64,000 nucleotides of DNA, from the NCBI GenBank assembly GCA_964416155.1, contig CAYQCW010000003.1, forward strand, positions 147,774 to 211,773, read 5' to 3'. Under the pieces are notes generated by a model that was not told where the DNA came from, made no database searches, and worked only from the letters and a program-made list of their open reading frames with translations. A program made the position numbers and the translations under genes. The DNA comes from an uncultured Nitrososphaerota archaeon (GTDB taxonomy: Archaea; Thermoproteota; EX4484-205; JAAOZP01). Within the stretch, counting starts at the first letter, position 1, and the number at the start of each line of letters is the position of its first letter. Positions 57,292 to 64,000 of this stretch are shown here, in pieces.

Positions 57292-58610
57292 AAATGCTTG
57301 AAAGCCTTTCAGAGAGGCTTCAAAATGCACTCAAGTTCATTACTAGACAGGCCTATGTAAGTGAGAAAGAGGTTGCGGAATATTTGCGGGAGGTTCAACG
57401 AGCACTGATAATGGGAGATGTTGACGTCAAGCTTGTAAGCCAGCTTACTGAAGAGATTAAGAAAGAGTTTAAAGAGACGAGAGAAGAGTACGGAGTATCC
57501 TTAAAAGACAGGGTTGTCTATGCAACTTACCAAGGTCTTATCCGGATTCTTGGAGGCGAGAAGAAGGCGCTTCGCATCGTGCCCAATCAGCTCAACATCT
57601 TCGTCTTTATGGGAATACAGGGTTCAGGGAAGACTACAAGCGTCGGCAAGGTTGCCTATCTTCTCAAGAGAAAAAATAGAAGGGTGGGGGTTATATCTGG
57701 TGATGTTTTCAGACCGGGTGCTGCAGACCAGCTAAGGCAACTTTTAGAGGGGATTGGCATACCGCTTTACGCAGAGCCTTTAGGAAAATCGTCCGTAGAA
57801 ATCATAAAAAACGGCATAAAATGGGCTAAAGGGATAGATCTTGAAGTTGTTCTCGTAGATACTGCTGGGAGACATAGGTCAGAAGCGTCCTTAATGGACG
57901 AAATGAAGCAGATAATAGATGAGGTTAACCCTACTGCAACAATACTTGTCATAGACGCTATGATAGGCCAGCAGGCTAGGGCTCAGGCAGAAGCCTTCAA
58001 CAAGGTTGCGAAAGTAGGATATGTCATAGTTACTAAGCTAGACGGTTCGGCTAAGGGCGGCGGAGCTCTTTCAGCGGTTGCCTCTGTTGGGGCACCAATT
58101 ATATTCGTAGGAGTTGGCGAAGACCTTGAAGAGTTCGAAGAGTTCGACCCGGTTAAATTTGTTTCCCGGCTGCTTGGAAGACCGGATTTAGAATCCATAG
58201 TTGCTAGGGTCCAACAAATGTCTAAGGAGGAGCGGCTTAGAATGCAGAAAATGGCTCAGGGCAAGTTCACTATCGAAGAATTCATACAGCAGCTTGAATC
58301 TGTAAGAAAAATCGGTGATCTTCAAGCATTATTATCTAATCTTCCCGGTGGAAGAAAGCCGGATAAGAAGGAGCTGGAGGAGTTTATGAGGAAGTTAAAA
58401 AGATGGAAGGCGATTGTAAACTCGATGAATATGGAGGAGAGAAATGATGTTACTATAATAGACTCCTCGCGAGTCAAACGTATTGCAAGAGGATCGGGAA
58501 CTTCAGAGAAAGATGTTAGAGAACTCATAAAACAATATACTGCCACAAAAAAAGCCGTCAGGAAAATGTCCAAAGAAGCTTTAAGAAAGCTTTCTTATTT
58601 GAGGTTTTAA
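57288..58610 (+). CDS. srp54: Signal recognition particle protein SRP54
   Basis: Motifs GIQGSGKTT, DTAGRH, TKLDGSAKGGGALS and M-domain SRVKRIARGSG. Confidence 0.96.
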   Translation: MKMLESLSERLQNALKFITRQAYVSEKEVAEYLREVQRALIMGDVDVKLVSQLTEEIKKEFKETREEYGVSLKDRVVYATYQGLIRILGGEKKALRIVPNQLNIFVFMGIQGSGKTTSVGKVAYLLKRKNRRVGVISGDVFRPGAADQLRQLLEGIGIPLYAEPLGKSSVEIIKNGIKWAKGIDLEVVLVDTAGRHRSEASLMDEMKQIIDEVNPTATILVIDAMIGQQARAQAEAFNKVAKVGYVIVTKLDGSAKGGGALSAVASVGAPIIFVGVGEDLEEFEEFDPVKFVSRLLGRPDLESIVARVQQMSKEERLRMQKMAQGKFTIEEFIQQLESVRKIGDLQALLSNLPGGRKPDKKELEEFMRKLKRWKAIVNSMNMEERNDVTIIDSSRVKRIARGSGTSEKDVRELIKQYTATKKAVRKMSKEALRKLSYLRF

Positions 58611-58612
58611 AA

Positions 58613-59902
58613 ATGGATTTATTGAAGTATTTGAAAAAGCTCATGGTATCTATCCCGCTTTGTGACAGATGTTTGGGCAGACAGTTTTCAAACCTTATAC
58701 CATCCCCTGACAATGAGGCCAAGGGCAGGGTTTTGAAAGATTTTCTTTTCATGAATGAAATGCTAACCAAGGAGGAAAAACATCGAAAGGCTTTGAAAAT
58801 AGTTAAAGCCTTGGCCGAATCTGGACATGGGCCTTCGTCGAGCTTTATTAAAAAGAACCTGGGTGTGAACATAGTTCCTGAGCCTTGCTATATTTGCGAA
58901 AACGAAGTCGATTCTTTAATAGAGAATGCTGTCGCCAGCATCATTGAGAAAGCATCAGAAGTAGAATTCAAAACTTTTTACGTAGGACTTACGCTGCCGG
59001 TTTCCATTGAGGAGAAAGATGAAAAAGTGAAGTCTTTCTTTAAGCTGAAGTTTGGAGAAGCTTTGAAAAACGAGCTCAACAGAGAGGTAATTAGGAAAGT
59101 AGAGAGAACGTTGCAGAAGAAGCCGGAGATGAAGAGACCTGACGTTCTCTTCATATATGATGCTGTGAGAAAGCAGGTTTCGATGCAGATAAATTCGGTT
59201 TTCCTTAAATCCAGTTACAAAAAGCTTGTTGGAGGAATTGCTCAAACAAAGTGGCGGGGAATCGACGGTGAGAATACAACGCCTTCCGTAGAAAAAATGC
59301 TGGAAGAGATCCTTTTACCAGCTTATAAGGGTAGAGGTTTAAAATTTCACGGTGCTGGGAGAGAGGATGTCGATGTAAAAATGCTTGGGAAGGGAAGACG
59401 CTTCATAGTTGAAATACTTGAGCCAAAGATTAGGAATGTGGATTTAGAGAAACTGCGTTCAGAGTTTAACAGAAGGTTTGGAAACATGGTTGAGATAGCT
59501 GAATTCCTATACGCAACCCATTCTGAAGTACCTCGACTCAAGCTGGAGGCGGAAATCCATAAGAAGAGTTACAGAGTCTTATTTGAAACAGAAAGAAAAG
59601 CTTCGGAAGAAGAGTTAAGAGATTTATCGGAAAGGCTTACTGGAGCCGTGGTTAATCAGAGTACCCCTTTAAGAGTATTGAAAAGGAGGAAGGATAAGGT
59701 TAGGAGAAAAATCGTTTACAAAGCTGTTTTTAGAAGGCTCGAAGGCAACCTTTATGAGGCATCCATAACTTGCAGTGGAGGGCTTTACGTTAAAGAACTT
59801 CTCCACGGTGACGAGGGGAGAACAGTCCCCTCAGTAGCCGGGCTTCTTAACACGAAGATTAAAATAGTGGAGATGGAAGTGACGGGTATTGAAGGTGGTT
59901 AA
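58613..59902 (+). CDS. pus10: tRNA pseudouridine 54/55 synthase Pus10
   Basis: Motifs LCDRCLGRQF, FHGAGREDVDV and GGLYVKEL. Confidence 0.95.
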   Translation: MDLLKYLKKLMVSIPLCDRCLGRQFSNLIPSPDNEAKGRVLKDFLFMNEMLTKEEKHRKALKIVKALAESGHGPSSSFIKKNLGVNIVPEPCYICENEVDSLIENAVASIIEKASEVEFKTFYVGLTLPVSIEEKDEKVKSFFKLKFGEALKNELNREVIRKVERTLQKKPEMKRPDVLFIYDAVRKQVSMQINSVFLKSSYKKLVGGIAQTKWRGIDGENTTPSVEKMLEEILLPAYKGRGLKFHGAGREDVDVKMLGKGRRFIVEILEPKIRNVDLEKLRSEFNRRFGNMVEIAEFLYATHSEVPRLKLEAEIHKKSYRVLFETERKASEEELRDLSERLTGAVVNQSTPLRVLKRRKDKVRRKIVYKAVFRRLEGNLYEASITCSGGLYVKELLHGDEGRTVPSVAGLLNTKIKIVEMEVTGIEGG

Positions 59903-59908
59903 GTAAAA

Positions 59909-60196
59909 ATGCCTCAAACCTCCGGGAGAAGAATAAAAGCTAGAAGCCTGCTTAAGAAAAAAGTTAGAGAGAGAGGAATAAAACCCCCCTCATACCTTTT
60001 GCAAGACTATAGGCAGGGGGATAGGGTAGTCTTAAAGTATGACTCCTCAGTTCATAAGGGGATGCCTCATAGGAGGTTCTACGGCAAAATAGGGACTGTA
60101 ATAGGCAAAAGAGGGAGAGCATATGTCATCCAAGTAGTAGACGGGGATAAAACAAAAACTTTAATTGCAAGATCAGAGCATTTAAAGAGGCTGTAG
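59909..60196 (+). CDS. rpl21e: 50S ribosomal protein L21e
   Basis: Motif HKGMPHRRFYGKIG; conserved position after pus10. Confidence 0.95.
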   Translation: MPQTSGRRIKARSLLKKKVRERGIKPPSYLLQDYRQGDRVVLKYDSSVHKGMPHRRFYGKIGTVIGKRGRAYVIQVVDGDKTKTLIARSEHLKRL

Positions 60197-60199
60197 ATA

Positions 60200-60529
60200 A
60201 TGGGTATTCAAAAGATATCTGAAACAGATATAACGATACCTGAGGCGCTTGAAACCCTTTCCGCACAGGAGGATTTGAAGCAATATCAGCGACTGGTCTT
60301 AGACTATTTGAAAGAGGCTTCTAAACTTCCCGCGGATAAGGCTAAAAATCTATTGGAAGAACTTATGAAGGAGGCTGGTCTTACTAGGAAAGAAGCGGTT
60401 ATGCTTGTCAACATACTGCCGAAGAGTAAATATGAGATAATGGCAATCCTGTCTGGTGGGAGGGATAAGGAGTTTTTAACTCTTGAAAAAGTTGAAAAGA
60501 TTAAAAGTATCATTGATAAGTATGCCTGA
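60200..60529 (+). CDS. rpo4: RNA polymerase subunit Rpo4 (F)
   Basis: Motifs ITIPEA and AVMLVNILP; synteny after rpl21e. Confidence 0.88.
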   Translation: MGIQKISETDITIPEALETLSAQEDLKQYQRLVLDYLKEASKLPADKAKNLLEELMKEAGLTRKEAVMLVNILPKSKYEIMAILSGGRDKEFLTLEKVEKIKSIIDKYA

Positions 60530-60555
60530 ATCGGGTGAAACCTTCTTGTAAAAAC

Positions 60556-60948
60556 TTACTTGACCCGCATTATTTTCTGTCTTCCGCCGACTCTCCAGTA
60601 TTCCACGGTTACTCCTTGAACTATACTGTTTTTAAGACTCTGGTCCTGGGGTAGCGGTATTTCGAAAACCTCGTATGTTTCAAGATCCATTATTTGCGCA
60701 TTGTCACCTATTATTGCAAGCACCTGGGCGTTTCTCTTCTCTATCATGGGGACCTCCACCTTAGCGTCAACAGGGCTTAACAGGGTGTGTTTAGACCCAT
60801 TGAACAAGCCTATGCCTACGACACGGGCCTTAGCACTGCCATGTTTGCCTGGCTTAGAGTGCGAAACCTCCACTATTTGACATGGCTCATTATCAATCAT
60901 GAGCCAAGACCCCTCTTTCAACTCTCCTAGCTCGACTACTTTACCCAT
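60556..60948 (-). CDS. eif5a: Translation factor aIF5A
   Basis: Hypusine motif [10 protein letters not shown]. Confidence 0.96.
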   Translation of the reverse strand: MGKVVELGELKEGSWLMIDNEPCQIVEVSHSKPGKHGSAKARVVGIGLFNGSKHTLLSPVDAKVEVPMIEKRNAQVLAIIGDNAQIMDLETYEVFEIPLPQDQSLKNSIVQGVTVEYWRVGGRQKIMRVK

Positions 60949-60996
60949 TTTGGGGAAAACTAATAAGCCGCGTATTTAAAAAACTTATGTAACAAG

Positions 60997-61803
60997 ATGG
61001 CGAAGGCGAAGAAGATAGCGGTAGTCTATAAAACCAAGGAGCCTGAGGCCATGAAGGTTATCGATGTGGTTAAGAGGCTTTTGAAGCCGGAGTCTGTCGA
61101 AGAAAACCTGTTGTCAAGCCTTGCAGGGAAGAGACTAGGGGGGTTTGACCTAATTGTCTGCTTAGGAGGAGACGGAACCTTGGTGAGAACCTGCCGGGTG
61201 GTTGAAAACGGAGGCGTAATCCTGCCGGTTAACATGGGCAAGAAAGGCTATTTAATGGAAGTGGACCCCGAGAAGTTGCCTTCCTATCTGGAAAAGTATC
61301 AAAACGACGAATTTCTAGTTGAGAAATGCTTCAAACTGAGAATAGGCTACGGTGGCAGGGTGCTTACCGCAGTGAATGAAGTTGTGATTAGGAACATAAT
61401 GGGTTTAAAACAAGTAGCGTTATCCGTAGAGCTGGAAGAAGGAGGCTTCATAGTGGAGGGAGACGGGGTTTTGGTTTCAACCCCTATCGGATCATCCGCC
61501 TACTCCCTCAACGCGGGAGGACCATTTGTTTTATCCAATGTAAACATCTTAGTATGTACCCCGTTGTGCGCACGGAAACCCTTGAGACCATTAATAGTTA
61601 ATAAGGATACGTTAATAAAAGTGAAATATTTAAGTGGCGAAGAAATACAGATGATAATAGACGGAGATGAGACGTTCAAGGTGGATTCTAAGGAAACCAT
61701 AGAGATCACAGGGTCAACCGAAACAGTTAACATTATCCGTTTCTCCAGGTCTTTCAACATTAAGCGTATGGGCAGGTTGACAGGGGGGGTTGAAAACGGT
61801 TAA
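60997..61803 (+). CDS. nadK: NAD kinase
   Basis: Motifs LGGDGT, NE and DGVLVSTPIGSSAYSLNAGG. Confidence 0.93.
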   Translation: MAKAKKIAVVYKTKEPEAMKVIDVVKRLLKPESVEENLLSSLAGKRLGGFDLIVCLGGDGTLVRTCRVVENGGVILPVNMGKKGYLMEVDPEKLPSYLEKYQNDEFLVEKCFKLRIGYGGRVLTAVNEVVIRNIMGLKQVALSVELEEGGFIVEGDGVLVSTPIGSSAYSLNAGGPFVLSNVNILVCTPLCARKPLRPLIVNKDTLIKVKYLSGEEIQMIIDGDETFKVDSKETIEITGSTETVNIIRFSRSFNIKRMGRLTGGVENG

Positions 61804-62323
61804 GCAAGGATACGTTCTGGATTCTACAGCCATAATACAGGGGGTAGATCCAAACTCCCTTAAAAAAGAATCATTCACCATAAGAGAACTTCTAGACGAG
61901 ATCGGGGAAATAGGCAGGAGATGGATAAGAATAAAGACGGCGATGATGCTGGGGAAACTAGTAATCCGGGAGCCTTCCGCCGGAGGCATGGAGAAAGTAG
62001 AGAAGGTCGCTAAGGAATACGGATTGTACGACAAGCTTTCAAAGCCAGATATTAAGATCCTGACTCTAGGTTACGAGTTGCATAGCGAGGAGGATTATGA
62101 TATAGAGATAATAACCGATGACTACGATATTCAGAATACCGCCGCCATTCTGAACCTGAAGTATATTTCGATAGGGATGAAGAAGATAAGAAAAACCTAT
62201 CTATATGTCAAGTATTGTCCCGCCTGTAAAAGAAAATACTCCGGGTATGCTGGAACCATCTGTCCTGTATGCGGATATAGGCTGATAGGCATGAAGAGGG
62301 TTATAAAAGACAATACTTATTAA
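61790..62323 (+). CDS. nob1: Nob1 PIN-domain rRNA maturation endonuclease
   Basis: Motifs VLDSTA, LSKPD and TDDYDIQN; C-terminal zinc ribbon. Confidence 0.9.
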   Translation: MKTVKQGYVLDSTAIIQGVDPNSLKKESFTIRELLDEIGEIGRRWIRIKTAMMLGKLVIREPSAGGMEKVEKVAKEYGLYDKLSKPDIKILTLGYELHSEEDYDIEIITDDYDIQNTAAILNLKYISIGMKKIRKTYLYVKYCPACKRKYSGYAGTICPVCGYRLIGMKRVIKDNTY

Positions 62324-64000
62324 AAGTAGTGTTTCAGCTTCTTTTGAGTGAGAAACACGTTGTCTTCTTTCGTAAGAAAGAGCGAAAGCTCCTTCTCCAG
62401 CAATTCGAGGCTGCTTGAAAAATATGGATCCGAGGGGTATGATGCTAAAACCTTTTTCCCAAGAGCCAAGTATTTTTTAACCCCGCTTATGTAAACTGTT
62501 GGAAGAAGCTCTCCTCCGCAAGAGGTACACCTGGAAACCAGCGGGAGCCTCCTGAATTTTTTGCCACACTTCTTGCACCGGAATTTCTGAACGTGAAACG
62601 TCTTAATGTTTCCAGAAATGTCTTTTAGCAAATGAGAGTTCAAAAGGTTTTCTGCAAAATCCTTCTTATCAATCCCGGTTAGAAGAGATGTAACTTCTAA
62701 CTGTAGTTTTAATTTTCTCTCCATAGAGCCTAGAGTACTATAGATATTTCTTTTAACGCCTTTTACCATATTACTCGTATTATGAGACCAAGTTATGTTA
62801 AGATCGTCTTTACTGGTCAGCCGCATTTTATCTAAAAGTTCCTTTGGCTTCACACCCTGTTCAGCCAAGAAATAAATATCTTTACTGTATTTCGCCATAT
62901 TTTCCATGTTATAGATCTGATCGTCTATTTCATCTGGTTTTAAAACAGGTATTATTATAAGTGGGGTATCCATCAACCCTCCCGCAGCATCAGGAACATA
63001 ATACTTCGAGAAATTTAAAAAGGCGTCTAAAAGAAGAATTATGGAGTCCCCGTCTCCATCACAATCCCTTCTTTTAGCCTGATGCCAGAAGGGATGGGCG
63101 AAGACGACTTGTGAATCAGTAAAACCTATCATTCTACCCACGATTGCCCCAAGCGTATGAGGAGAAATCCCTAGGACAAGATGCCCAACAAGATCTTCTC
63201 TTGACCTAATGTTGTAGTACGGCTCCACATGGTAGAAAAGCCTGAGTTCCTCGTCAATAAAACTTGCAACTTTAACGAGAGAATCGCCCATTTCCTTAGG
63301 AAGAATTACATCCTGAGGATAAAGGTATAGAAGCTGGCTGCTTTCAGTAAGAGGATTACCGTCGACATCCCTATCATAGCCTAGTTTCTTCAAAGCCTCT
63401 ACAGAAACCCCGATTTCCTCAGGTTTGAAAGCTGTTAGCGGAGCATTAGTAGCGTCGAACCGGATAGTTCCATCCTTGTATATCGTTAAGCCATTCTTGG
63501 CTCTCAGAATGCCTTTTTCAATTGGCTCAGGAACCCTATTCTTGTTCATCAGTCCTTTCACTCCCTTGACTTCGGAGCCTGTTGTAATTCCAAGCATTTT
63601 TTCAGCATCTTCTAAAATGCTTCGAAGTGGAACGTTTGTTGCATGAAAGGAATTACATTTGCTCCGGCATTTTTCACATTCTTCAGATTTAGAGTATGAA
63701 TTACACTTAGTGCAATAGTATACGGGTAGGGTAGCAGACTTACACTGGGGGCAATGCAAATAGAAGAGAAGTTGGTTGCATTTTTCGCAATACCTATTAC
63801 AAACATTTACAACTATGTTCCCACGGGATGCTGCGGCAATAATGTTTCTTTTTGGACCACCTTCTAAACCTACTGGAAACAATACGTGTGAAGGAGGATG
63901 CATTTCTCTGAGTTTTGCCGCCTCAGGTCTTCCAAGTCTAGCGGATATGAAGGTACCTTTCTTGGGTTTGATCTTAAACTGGAGAACAGAGTTAAGATAA
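62320..64000 (-). CDS. polC: DNA polymerase D large subunit DP2 (C-terminal part; gene continues past the window edge)
   Basis: ARLGRPEAAK, VKGVKG, KDGTIRFD, catalytic AKRRDCDGDGD, GGLMDTP and C-terminal Zn finger; the frame is open to the window end. Confidence 0.95.
   Translation of the reverse strand, partial: YLNSVLQFKIKPKKGTFISARLGRPEAAKLREMHPPSHVLFPVGLEGGPKRNIIAAASRGNIVVNVCNRYCEKCNQLLFYLHCPQCKSATLPVYYCTKCNSYSKSEECEKCRSKCNSFHATNVPLRSILEDAEKMLGITTGSEVKGVKGLMNKNRVPEPIEKGILRAKNGLTIYKDGTIRFDATNAPLTAFKPEEIGVSVEALKKLGYDRDVDGNPLTESSQLLYLYPQDVILPKEMGDSLVKVASFIDEELRLFYHVEPYYNIRSREDLVGHLVLGISPHTLGAIVGRMIGFTDSQVVFAHPFWHQAKRRDCDGDGDSIILLLDAFLNFSKYYVPDAAGGLMDTPLIIIPVLKPDEIDDQIYNMENMAKYSKDIYFLAEQGVKPKELLDKMRLTSKDDLNITWSHNTSNMVKGVKRNIYSTLGSMERKLKLQLEVTSLLTGIDKKDFAENLLNSHLLKDISGNIKTFHVQKFRCKKCGKKFRRLPLVSRCTSCGGELLPTVYISGVKKYLALGKKVLASYPSDPYFSSSLELLEKELSLFLTKEDNVFLTQKKLKHYF

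Noticed and set aside
1-64000. CRISPR array, rRNA or provirus
   Set aside because: No regularly spaced repeats, rRNA-like tracts or viral hallmark genes were seen by eye.

Overview
Archaeal chromosome segment. PolD large subunit, Rpo4, aIF5A, Pus10, archaeal Mat and bulge-helix-bulge (BHB) tRNA introns point to a PolD-bearing TACK lineage such as Bathyarchaeia or Brockarchaeota (inference). Housekeeping blocks (hisS-endA, leuS, alaS, proBA, mat-gatB-srp54-pus10-rpl21e-rpo4, aIF5A, nadK, nob1, polC) alternate with sugar and nucleoside catabolic genes and decaying accessory patches. There are seven tRNA genes; six carry nine introns, six of them at non-canonical positions (about 14/15, 15/16, D-loop ~20-22, 30/31, 49/50, 59/60). 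tRNA-Arg(UCU) has C33 instead of U33. The main candidate novel system lies at 34.4-48.6 kb and comprises three conflict-type cassettes: (1) a decayed PD-(D/E)xK nuclease tip with a broken partner gene; (2) a secreted Tyr/Trp-rich small protein with an ABC exporter; (3) a halocin-C8-like precursor with an 18-Cys tail, a putative membrane immunity gene and a decayed orphan paralog of it. Cassette borders and the breakpoints of duplicated gene 3' ends are repeatedly marked by a short palindrome, consensus TAGCGCGCGCTA. No CRISPR array, rRNA, integrase or intact transposase was seen. All protein calls are motif-based by eye; no database search was run.
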